Positions 42,913 through 54,400 of a stretch of DNA of 64,000 nt are shown piece after piece; the first letter of the stretch is position 1; each line of letters begins with the position of its first letter. The position numbers and the translations under genes are program-made. The notes under the pieces were generated by a model. The model ran no database searches. It was not told the origin of the DNA and was given only the letters and a program-made list of their open reading frames with translations. This stretch comes from Ascidiella aspersa (lineage: Eukaryota), in contig OZ004615.1 in the NCBI GenBank assembly GCA_963924565.1, positions 20,088,001 through 20,152,000 of the forward strand, in the 5' to 3' direction.

Positions 42913-43245
42913 CAGGGGTTCTAAAACTTTTTTACCTCGGGCCCCTATTTGTTTTTTGGCTTCGCGTGGACGACGGAAGACAAGAAAATTTCAGAGATGA
43001 CCTCATAAATTGACGTTATAATACAAATGGACTAAATTGACGTCAAAATGTAATATCCAAAAATGTGCAAGTGAAATGCAGTCTAATTACATTTAGTGAA
43101 AAACCGGTTTAGTTTTATTAAAACTCTTTTTAAAATTTATTATTTCTTAAATATACACTAAAATTTCAATTAGGTCTTCATGGACACCATAAAACTTGTT
43201 CACGGATCCCTAAGGGGCTCATGGACCCCAGTTTAAGAACCCCTG
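42913..43245. mobile_element. hAT-superfamily MITE with 16-bp TIRs and 8-bp TSD
   Basis: TIR CAGGGGTTCTAAAACT ... AGTTTAAGAACCCCTG (1 mismatch); perfect TSD CACTAAAC at 42905-42912 and 43246-43253. Confidence 0.92.
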
Positions 43246-45119
43246 CACTAAACGTACAGGCGTAGGTTGTGTACTTCGAATATCGCCCTTTCTTATATCG
43301 ATTTTCAAAAATCTTGTTCCTCAAATCCGCGCCAACCTATTACCTCATAACATTTCTAGTGGTGCAGTGAAAATTTAGACGATTGAAATCTGCTTGACCT
43401 TTTTCGATAAAGTTCGACCTTAACTTCTGATAATTGAAAAAGTGGTCTCCTGGCGAACGTAAAATATAAGTTCGCACACTCGGTAATGTAAATGACGTAA
43501 AAAGTTATATAAATACTTAGCCTTGGGAAATCAAAAACAATTTATACGTATATAGGACTATCATATCGATTGATTTCTACCTGTTTGAGTTTCTGGGTAA
43601 TACGACAGCTTTTACTGGGACAACAACTTCCTGTTTAAAGCCTAGTGCTTTTCTCTTTAGGGAGAAAAGGTGCCTAAAAACATATCGACATGATAGCACG
43701 GGAAATAAGTGTAGCACCTACAACCCATCGGAAATGTCGAATACATTTTGATATCGCAAGTATGTTTATGGCTATTGGATATCTGTACCATTTCACTAGG
43801 CTGTTTTATTGATGACGGGTGCATTTTTTCAGCTATGCTTTATTACGGTCAGTTTTCAAACCCTTTTAAACTTAGCCAGCTTTTGTGGCTTTACATTCTC
43901 GACGTGGCTATAATAAGCTCGCTCAAAAATTGAGAAAAAAGGAAGCCCGGTGACTTTCAAAGCTGTCATTTGGCCTGGCCGCGAATCACCGTCGCCCAAA
44001 TCCCTAAAACCTTTGAAGAAAGCAAACACAGATTAAATTTAAAAGACCGCCGCCCAGGGCCCACATACAGGTTGTGGCACGGCTCGATTTTCAATGCGGA
44101 AATAGCCGCTTGACGTTTGCGCTATTTCCTGGTGTACACAGAACTTGGTCGGTTTCATATGCCCTTCAAAAGTCAGTCGGATGTATTTTTCGCTGTGATT
44201 TGTGTTATTTTGCAGCGCCACTCAAAAGGCACAAGTCCATCAGCAGAGTTCCATTTTCAAAGGGGTGCGAAAAATGTATTTTTCTTTATTTAGATTTGTT
44301 GATTTTTTTTACGAAAGCTAAGTGCAAAGAGGCAAACCGCTGATTTTAAACTACCGCCATTACAATTTGCCCATAAAACATCAAAAAACCGTGATGGCAA
44401 AAAAGGTCGTCTTTTGAAGTTGCAACGTAAGCCGTTCTTTTGTGTGCGGGCTGCGGTCTCAAGCCCAATTAACCGGCATAGACGCTTGCGGAAACCCATG
44501 TGCCTTTCATTCAGTCTTATTTACGCCGGCCGCGTTTTCTATTGAGCGAATATTAAAATTTGCGCATTTCCGCCCGACAGCTCTTGCTCAAAATTGTGAT
44601 CGAACGTCGAAGGTAATGTGCGCTCATCTTCGCTAGCCACAGAAATTTCCATTTCGATGTGCAGGTTTAAAAATCATCAGCGCCTGTATCGAGCACGGTT
44701 GTTACTTCGAAATTGTGATTACGGGTTCGCGTTTTTTTTGTCGAATCAACGGAACACCTGGGACTTATCTTGCGCTTGTTTGACTATCGGGGCGTTGCTC
44801 TTTCGATAACATCGCTCGGACACTTGTCAGAATTACAGTCACATTACCAGTCGACACTCAATGTCGATATCGCTGCTTTTCGTGGAGCAAGTGCTCACGG
44901 GGTCGTCCCTAATCGCTCGACAACAGGACCTGGGAGATTTTCTCGGTCCAGGTTTGTTTGCACAGCAATTCGGCAATGACGCCCGCGCGTCGTTATCATT
45001 AAATCGCGCCTCTGTTTTTAAGCATTTTTAAGTTTTCTATATCTTTTTCTTTTCCATGTTTCCCAGTTCTCTGTCGTTCGTGTTGTTTTTGATGGGCTTG
45101 AAATTTTTTTTAGTACAGC

Positions 45120-45280
45120 TTTTTATGTTTTTCTCTCTCTTTCTCTTTTTTCTTTCCTTCTCTCGCACCATTGCTCTCTCTTATCATAACTCTTTCCGCC
45201 CACTTTCTCTCTATCTGTTTCTCTTTTCGCCTTTTTCTTTTTCTCCCTTCGCAATCTCTATCTTTCACTCAATTTCTCAT
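45120..45280. repeat. Polypyrimidine (CT-rich) low-complexity tract
   Basis: Nearly pure C/T on the + strand. Confidence 0.8.
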
Positions 45281-47380
45281 AAGTTTTGAACGCTCAATCT
45301 TCCGGCTTACAGGATTCGGTACACGTCCACGCCAGGCCCGGTAATAATGTGCGCACATCCCCTTCCCCCTTCCCCGGGTAACATAAACACCACGATCGGC
45401 GTCCTAATGGCCCCGATCGGGCTCGAGAGAGCACCGTGGCCCCGCGTTTAAAGGCCCGAGCCAAACTGCTATGATAATATTTTGATTTGCGTCGTCGAGG
45501 GTCATGCTCCTTGTCGTCGTCCCGGCGTATAACCGAGGACGTGTCCAGTGGTCTGTTTACACGGTCGCTGTAAAAACCGCCGGCACCCAAAATTTGCCAG
45601 CGGTTCCAATTGTTACCCTCGCAATATTACAAAACTACACCCCTGAAAAAACTGAAAAAAAAAAGTTTTAATACACTACAAAATTTAATTGACCGTTAAA
45701 AACGGTAAAAACTTGACTTTTTACCATTTTCATGCAGAATGCCTTTTTTGCTGTACGCTCTGCGTTAATAGGGGACAAAACAAACAAAAATTAGTCGTTT
45801 CTTGGCATAACAAACGGTCGGACAGCCCTCTTGATAGAGCTCGCTCAGTTTTGTTTTGTCAGGGATAAATCAATATTGACCGGCTGCCGCAATCTGCAGC
45901 CTTAATCGCTTTCCAAAGGATTGCTTTTCATTGGCGACGACCTGCTGCCTCGTGCGTTGTTTTGTTAGCGAAGCCCGTGCATACAAGTGCCACGTATACC
46001 GCGCAGCAAAAGCGATTGGGTAAATGCTATACTTTGTTTCAAGGCGTTAATTGGGTTTTAAAGCAACTGTTGTATTATTTTAAAGGCTGATTTTTTTAAT
46101 AAAGGTTTGTAAATATTACAAATACGCCCACACTCAAAATTTGTGTTCATTGAATGGCAAGAAGATCCATTTTTTGTCCCAAAACAATGATTTCTTTGAA
46201 ACTGACAGGCCATTTCCTGCGCTTGTTGCACCAGTATCTTTTGTAAGACAAGTATATTATACCATTTGCTAACAAACACCTTAAAACCCTGCCATTACTG
46301 ACATCCCAATGAGCGCGGAAAACAACTTGAAACCGAGACAATTGCGCACCTTTGGCATACTTACCGCGGCGTGCCGGCATTTCGGGCCCGCTAAAGCCGG
46401 TTACGGTTTATTTGCGACGCTGCTATTATCGCAAATCGGCCTTTTCCTGCATCCTCGATATCGATTTCGGCGAAAACAATTTCAAGTTAACGACCGCCGT
46501 CCGCAATTAATTGGCCCGGTTTGGACGCGGCGCCTTTCTCAAGCCGCCCGTTTCCCACCGGAGATGGCCTTAATATTGGTGAAACGCTGACCCTAAGAAC
46601 AAGAATGATCGTCTGTATCACGTAAAACGACGTCCCGAGGGTTTTTGCGTCATCCCAATGGGTGCAAGTGATTCAACATAAATCGACGTTCTCCCGTTAG
46701 AATGTGCGGTAAAAATTTCCTGAACAGGCCATTCCGAAATGAACCTATTTCACCTGAAAAAACGATGAAATTACCGGCCAACGGCCAGACCTATTTCTCT
46801 AGACCGGTTTCCAATCAGCCGTGCAGAACAAAATGAACAGGGGTAAAAAAGAAATGCGACCTCTTTTAACCCCAAGTAAAAAAAATTCACACAAAGATAG
46901 TAAAAAACACACATTTCCTTAAAAAAACGAACTAGGCTCAAAATGTGGCCTTACGACCATCGATCCACGCTAAATCGCTTAAAGCCGTATCCCCTTCTGC
47001 TGCGAAAGCCCCAGAGCACGGCTTGCGTCGTGTAAAACTCGCCAGAGTGCTTGTACTTCTAACAGCTTTAAGGCGCCCTAATCCCCCGATTAGGTAACCA
47101 CTAAATTGCGAAGCTTGTTCCGCCTAAGTGCATTTCCACCAAATTGACCCGACGGGTCGGGATTTGGGTTTCGTTTATTGTGTACGCGCTACTTCTGCAC
47201 ACCTCTCTGGAGAGCGGACTTGGTGTCCTTCTTTGCCGTCGTTTGCCCTTTGGGTGTCACCTTAAAGCGGTTTAAAAGTTCAAGACAGTTTGGTGAAAAA
47301 CAGGCAGAAGTACGTTTGAGTTGTCTTGTTTCATTCCACGTTTGTGTCACTACACTTGCATAAAATGAGAAAATGAGATT

Positions 47381-47495
47381 CGGAGCATAATGGCTGGAGG
47401 TTGTAATGAGACGTTAAATTAATATCAAAGCTTATATAGAAGTATAGGTGGCATTTTGTTAAACGTTTCAAATAATTTCCTATTCATTTTCAACA
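47381..47495 (+). mobile_element. Family A repeat, diverged arm
   Basis: ggagcataatggctggaggttgtaatgagacgt...aatatcaaagc...tattcattttcaaca. Confidence 0.8.
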
Positions 47496-49697
47496 GACAA
47501 TGAACCGTTGCTTTTAAATTAGCCAAACAAAAACGGTCTGTATCTAGGTGGCGCAACCATCCCTGTCAGCCAAAGTAGGCCATCGCTGTTTCCTACCATA
47601 GTATACATTCCCGCTCAGCGAGCGTGAAAAAAATTACCGGTGTTGCATAAAGTGTTGCAACTGACTTCCAACAGCGAACCTGGTTGATCTTTATGGCCTG
47701 AATCTCGTTAGCAGATGTCCTCTTATGCCTATATGTCACCATCAGCCGACTTAACTCGAAAAATAGACATTTCAGTGGTGATTTTGATTTGCGAGTGTAT
47801 TTTTTTGAATTAGAATTGCATTGTGCGTCAAGTCGATGTCGAAATCACGCGCTTTTAAATGTTTGTAGCGTGTTTCTCCCGCTACCGAATTAGACACGAT
47901 ACAGCACAGTCAAAACCAAATACACGCTTTTGAAATGTTTCAAACTTGTTCTTTAAACCTGTTAAACGTGCGTATGCATTTTGCGTTGAACAGAAAGGCA
48001 GTTGACGCATTCCAAATGGTATGCAGCAGTTGGTATTTCAAAGTGCAACGCAAGCCTTGCAACATTTAAACCCACAAAGGATGATCAAAACGCCGCTGTC
48101 AGTCTTAAATCCCACCTATTTGAAAGGGGGTGTTTACGATTTTTCCAGCTACACATTGAACAGCGGCGCAAATCCAGAAATGTCAAGCCGACGGATTTCT
48201 ATTTCCCACCAGGCTGATATTTATCGAGATCCAGGAGCTACATATACGCTGCTCAACTTGTGCAAGTTTTTCGCCGGCCACCTTTTTAGAGCCGGTAAAC
48301 CTTAACGGATCACGTTGTCAAGGCAACGAAGCCAGTAGAGGCGAAAATTGCTTGACCCGATGACGCCCGCAAACCCCCAATCGCCGACACTTTATATCTC
48401 ACCCGTTTGCGGCCGACCGGCGCCAGACTCGAAGCTGTGACGTAATGCCTGTAGATTGACGTGTTGCTCATCGCGCTTAACTGACACCTATAGTCGTTTC
48501 AGACTAAAAGTAGGGTTAACTATTCCATGAACCTATAGCGACGTGTTATGCTTCTTGGTGTATTGTAGCTATTTTTGCATCTATTGCTTTAAATTTGTGC
48601 TAGATTAACATAACAAGGCTCCTAACAGAAACCTGTAGGTTGACTGAAAGGTAAAACCCCCTTCTAAGTAACACAGGAAGAAGGCAAAGATAAACCTTAA
48701 TAGCGTATATCTCACACAAAGTTTTGCGCAAAAGTGTGCCCCCCCAGAAACATAACAGATGCAACCACAAAAAGCGTACATCCTCATTTACAGCCAACGC
48801 GCTTCTAAACCAATTGTGTACAAAACTTGTCACCTTGACCTACAGCACAGCAAGCAACCCGTATAGTTAAAAAAACGAGCTTAAACAAAATTCGTTTCCT
48901 GGAAGGATTGATCGCCTTGTGCAAAAGGCCACCGAGTGCGCGCTCATCTGCGTCGAGTGTTTTGCTTGCCGGCAAACGCCACCTGTGGCCCGTTAAGTCG
49001 ACTTTTTAAGAGTCCTGAGTATGCGGCCCTTTAGCGTGCAGCGTTTGGCCAGTATTCGCGGCCAAATAAAAGTCGACCGGCTCCCTTTTTTACCCACTAT
49101 AGAGGCCTTTACACCAAACGTAGTAAAATGCGAATAAAAAGAAAAAAAATGGGTTGCATGATTTCGAAAGTTGTGTTCTGCACAAAGACGCTCACAATTT
49201 CGTTATCCGCCGACAAAAAACTGGAATAAAAAAGAGGGCCGAATCGACCGCTTAGGCCGCGCCCAGCTGTCACATAGTTTAACTGATCAGAGTCGCGTTT
49301 CTGGCACGCTTTGCTTTACGGAAGGTCGGTTCCGCCTGCTGCCCTGCGCCACAAGCCCAACCTGCCATAGTTACGCGCCTTATCCTGGCTGGAATGTCGA
49401 TAGGTTGGTTTTCGCTCCTGTTCATCGCGTGACATTTCCGGCAGCGCTCTCGGCCCGGATATAACTTCTCATTTGGATCCCGCGGCACCAAATGGCCTTG
49501 CAATCGGCGGCCGAGTATGCCTGTTGTTTGCGGGCGCTCGCCAAGCGCATGGAAACGTTATTGTGTCGTTTGTTTGATTGACGTATACTCGTGTGTATTG
49601 CCCGCCGCAGCAACTTGTACATTACGTTACAATTCGTTAAACTTTTTTAATCGGATATTTTTTTTGTATAACACATATATAAAAAGTTTTTCTGAAC

Positions 49698-49926
49698 AGA
49701 TTTTTCCGAGTAATTTATGCTGTACCAGTGATTCCTGCCAAAAACTTTTAAAAGCTCTTTTTCACATGATTATAAAAGTTTGCCTGCCTTTTCTTTCAGT
49801 AAATGCCCTAAGACTTCCCTGTAGATTTTTTGCGTAATTCATGCTGTACCAGTGATTTCCACCTGACACTCCAAAGAAGCGCTTTTTCAGATGTTTATAA
49901 AATTTTACCCTTGTCTTTCAGTAAAC
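49698..49926. repeat. ~124-bp diverged tandem duplication
   Basis: agattttt..gtaatt.atgctgtaccagtgatt...tttcagtaaa occurs twice. Confidence 0.8.
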
Positions 49927-49932
49927 GTTCAA

Positions 49933-50067
49933 ACGTTTTTTTACATTGTAGCGTCGCTATTACCAAGCTGCTTTTGAAGCCCACTTTGTAGACCACGTTT
50001 TTTTACATTGTAGCGTCGCTATTACCACGCTGCTTTTGAAGCCCACTTTGTAGACCTGTTTTACATT
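49933..50067. repeat. 62-bp tandem duplication (2 near-identical units plus a partial)
   Basis: acgtttttttacattgtagcgtcgctattacca.gctgcttttgaagcccactttgtagacc at 49933 and 49995. Confidence 0.92.
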
Positions 50068-51349
50068 CCATAAACCGCCCGCATTGCATTGCACCTGGCA
50101 CGGTTCAAAGTAAGCAGCCGCCCCCATAAAATTAAACCCACCTACCCCCATAACCCCAAAACCCCGGTAGGTACCAGCGCGAAATTTTTGTACGCTTTTT
50201 TCCGTCAAGCGTTTGTCAACTCGCCGGCAAAGTTTTTCCGCAACTCAGATGATCCGTGAAAGCATAACCTCAATGTTAGACGGGGCATTGTATGCGCCTA
50301 ACGCAAATGACAGCTGGACAGTTCTGGAAAAAGGAACTTAAAGGAAAAGCCTACAAATAAAACAAACTGGCCTTGGGAAAATTAAGGAGCAATTTCAACA
50401 ATAATTTCCTGCTTATAAGTAACAAATAAAATATGTTGGCGACGGTTGCAACATCGACCAAAGACTTTTAAATCTAATTCTTTGGTTGTTTTCTTCTTTA
50501 ATATCTTTAATAGGTGAAGAGAAACACCAAATTCAGCCTTAGCTTGATTTGCGTTGTGTACTTACCCCATGTGGAACCTTTAAACTAACATATTTCCAAT
50601 AAAAATTCCAAAATATAGGCATCCTCAAACTGCATAATGAGTACCTTTTTCATGGTGTAGCTTCACCATTACTGTTTCAACCCCATAAGCCGATAATCCA
50701 ATTTGCCGTTTTTGTCGAAGCTAAACTGGGATTAGTACGGATTACTGGGATTGCACCGAAAGGGTTTGTTGTTCGTTGGGTTTTAGGCGTTTTAAAGCTC
50801 CCAAATGTTTGTAGTGGGTAAAAGCGGCCCGCGGCGCAACCTTATTGCTCTATTGCGCATTATTGCGACGAAAAAGCACTGTTTTGTTGAACTGTCGCCA
50901 CCGTGTCGCTGCAATTGACCCTTTTCGGCCGAATTCTCTAACTTTGGATTTCTAGACGATTTGATTCCTGATTTTTTTATTGGGAAAATCGCAAATGCTC
51001 GGCATATTTTAGAAGATTAGGCCGTTTGTTGTGACTTGCTTGACCCGAATTTGGAACGAACAGCCAGTCAGACTGGCATTCCTTCAAGCGGCAACACGCG
51101 CCGTTAAAAAGGCGCAGATTTACCACAACCGAACCCTAACCATGTATCCGTGTGTGGTGTTTAATAAAAAAGTTAAATTGTTTCTACGCTCTGCACACAA
51201 ATAAGTTAAATAGCTTACCAATATTCAAAACACTCAATTAAACTTTTCAATGTATTTATTATTGTTTAGTTTAACGATTATATTCTCATTGCTACAGAAT
51301 AAATTTCGATTTTACCTCATTATAACGCCTCACTTGCTTGCAGCCCGAC

Positions 51350-51460
51350 ATGGAATTCGACAGCGTGGAGGAATCGTTACGTAATGCGTTACGTCACGGG
51401 CCTGTCCAGGGCTCAAGCAGACTTCGGCCCGACATTCCCTCGCACCAAAACCACCACGAG
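51350..51460 (+). CDS. Coding exon 1 (MEFDSVEESLRNALRHG...HHE)
   Basis: Acceptor ttgcttgcag ends at 51343; ATG in gacATGG context; donor GAG|gtaatt at 51461, phase 0. Confidence 0.75.
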
Positions 51461-54400
51461 GTAATTAATTTATTAAACTGAACCTGCGTGCTACGTTTAA
51501 GCATCAAAACTTTCACCTTGTTGAGCTTATCAGTTCGCGAGAATATTTTGAAGCACGCTATTTCTGCAATTAGAAAAATTCTAAGTTTGTAGGGATGTTA
51601 GGTACGAATCTTTTAAGGATGAGCTACTTAACCGTACGAAAATGTAGTTTAAATCGATATATAATCATTTATGTGTCTATGTGTACACGAGCGACCAGGT
51701 CAATAAATGCGTTTACACCAGAAAAGAGATTTGTATTTTGTAAACTGATGTTAAGGAAATAAAAATCGCATAAGGCCTCAGTTAAAATTCGCCTCTAAGA
51801 GTGCGTCCTTTAAATCATTTTTTTTTATTTTAGATGCAAAAACGACACAACTATGTCACAGTTCAACCCGAACAGCAACGAACTGTAACACTCCAACAAC
51901 AACAACAACAACAACAACAGCAACATTTTTTACAACAGCAGGAACAACAGCAATATTCCCAGCAACAGCAGCAACTCTCCCCCCACTCTCGGGGTTACGT
52001 TGTTGACCCCACAATGGACCCCAATCATCACGTCCAGTCCCCACACCATCACCCACCAGAGGTGGTTTCCCCCAACAACAACCACCATCCCATGAGCGCG
52101 CCGCAACCAGCAGCCATCCACCAGAACGGAACCAGCGTGGTGCGTATACAACTTTTTTGTCTGATTGGGGAATTTATTTTTGACAATCTTCCCTTCGTTT
52201 GAGAAATTTATGGTAAAAGCCTTATATTGATTTGTGTTTATGGTAAAGCCCCTTGTTAAGTCGATATGTTTCCTGCCCCAACATAAGACTGGAAAATAGT
52301 TGTAAAAAGTTATATATCAAAAGAAATTTGGTTATATTCAGAGCGGTTTAATCCCATGCATAATCTTGTTGACCGTTTAAACTGTAATCTGTCGCTTCGC
52401 AAACCAATTTGACTTACAATAGTCTCACTGACTCTTAAAAACAGCATACCTTTAAAACGCCCTGAATAACTTCACGTGAAGTCTTATTACAATACCCGTC
52501 TACTCTCTCGCCCTATTTTGTATGCGACAATCCCGCATCGAAGTTGCGAAACTTATCCCGTTTCCTTGTGTTGACAGAGCGTCGACGACTTCCGTAAGTA
52601 CTGCGTCTTCCTCACGGAGAGAATGCAGAAGATGGAAGAGCAGAATGATCAACTGGCTCGAATCGCCGAGCAACAAAAGCACGAGTACAACAAGGTGAGG
52701 GAGGCCGGAGGCGTACGTTGCAACCCTTGACTTCAAAAGATGTTTGCTATACTTTTTTTCGTCTGAAAGTGCGACCCTTGGGCCTCGAAAACCTACAAGT
52801 CTAAGAGTCATTACCGAGATTTTTTAATGTGTTAACTCTGGACAAATGCGTTTTTCCTTGGTCAGGTCATTAGTTGAGCAAGCCAATTTTGAGTCAAGTC
52901 CTTGTCATAAAAAATAATATTGAACTATACAAATTTGTGAACTATTTCGATTATGAGTAGTGAATAAACAAACAAAAAAATAACACAAAATGAAACATAT
53001 AGCTAGAAAATTAGATAAATAACCCAAAGAATGCACTTCATTTCAACCCAAGTCATTGGTCCAAAAAAACTAAGTCGAGTCAAGTCAAGCCATTTGTTCA
53101 AAATTCTTAAGTCAAGTCAAGTCATTTTAAAACAGTGACTTAATTGCACTTAAATTACGTCATAAGCGTAAGTCATTACAACACCGACAGGCCCCCCAAA
53201 AACTTCGTTCTGCATTCTCAGGTGGCCGCACAGATTGCCCAGTCTGAGCTGATGCAGCGTCGTCTCCAGCACGAATGTACCAACCTACGGCGCCAGGTGC
53301 ACCAGCTCTCCACCTACAACCAGCACCTGCAGGAAGTCACCCTGCCCAGCCCGGAAGTGACGTCACAGACCCAGACCCAGCCCCAACGTCACCCGGACCC
53401 TGCCGCGCCCATTGCCGTTGTCGGTTAGTAGAGTTCCGTGGCTTTTGTTTTTTGCGTGCATTCTGCTTCTTGGAACTTTTCTGTGTTTTTTTGTGTTTTG
53501 TCGACCCGTGAAATGTATTTTAAGTGATTTTGGGCGTTTTGTTAGCTTTTAAAATCACTTTGTACTTATCACGGCACAAGTGGTTTTAAAATCTTGTCGA
53601 TAGCGAAACAAAATGGTAGTTTGAAATTTTAGATGTTTCTTATCCGGATTAACGACAGCCAAACGTTTAGAATACCTTTATACCAGGTTCAAAGTGTTAG
53701 TAGGCCAAACATTACTCTAATTCCTAGCCGTTTTTGTTTGTTAGACGACAGGTCTCTCATCGAACAGCAACAACATCATCTGCAACAACAACAATACTTG
53801 CAACAACAACAACAACAACAACAACAACTTCACCATAAAACGCCGCCACAGGATCTGTCGTTCGATTCGATGCAAAGTCTCAGAAGTGGATTTCACCAAA
53901 GTAATTATTAAAAAAACGTGTTGCGAAGAGCGAACAAATGTAAACGTATATGGGTTGACAGGCCTCCTAGTTTTCTGGGCGATCCTGCAATCTGGCCCTT
54001 TATTAATATTTTTAAATTTATACCATAAAGTTATTTTTACCCGACGCGACTAAAAAGTTACGTTTGACTTCCTATTTTTGGCAAAGATGCCCTACGCAAA
54101 GTTTCTCTAGCTTACAAGTTATAAATTTCGGTAAAACAAGAATGTTATTAGACCAAGTGTAAATAGCGGCAAGTGTAGTGTCACACTTAATTTTAATTCA
54201 ATAATTTTTTTTTCAAAAATAAATTTGGCGATAAACCGTCAGGTTTTCCTGGTGTAAAGTTTTTAAATGGTTCCGGTGTACGTTTTACAGTCCTCGAGTC
54301 CACATAAAATAAATCCAAGCCAATGAGTGATGGATCCTCACGAATATGCCAAAAGACTCCTACAGTTGTTACTAACGATATAAGATGTTAAACACAGCAA

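Larger units (their letters stand above)
1..51343. promoter_or_regulatory. ~51-kb non-coding upstream region (intergenic or large 5' intron) with many CpG-rich enhancer-like islands
   Basis: No spliceable coding exons recognised; islands contain E-box, Fox, CRE/AP-1 and GCCATAAA (Cdx/posterior Hox) motifs. Confidence 0.5.

Noticed and set aside
1-51343. Enrichment of TGACAG (Meis/TALE) sites
   Set aside because: About 20 seen, similar to the crude chance expectation for a 6-mer in this length
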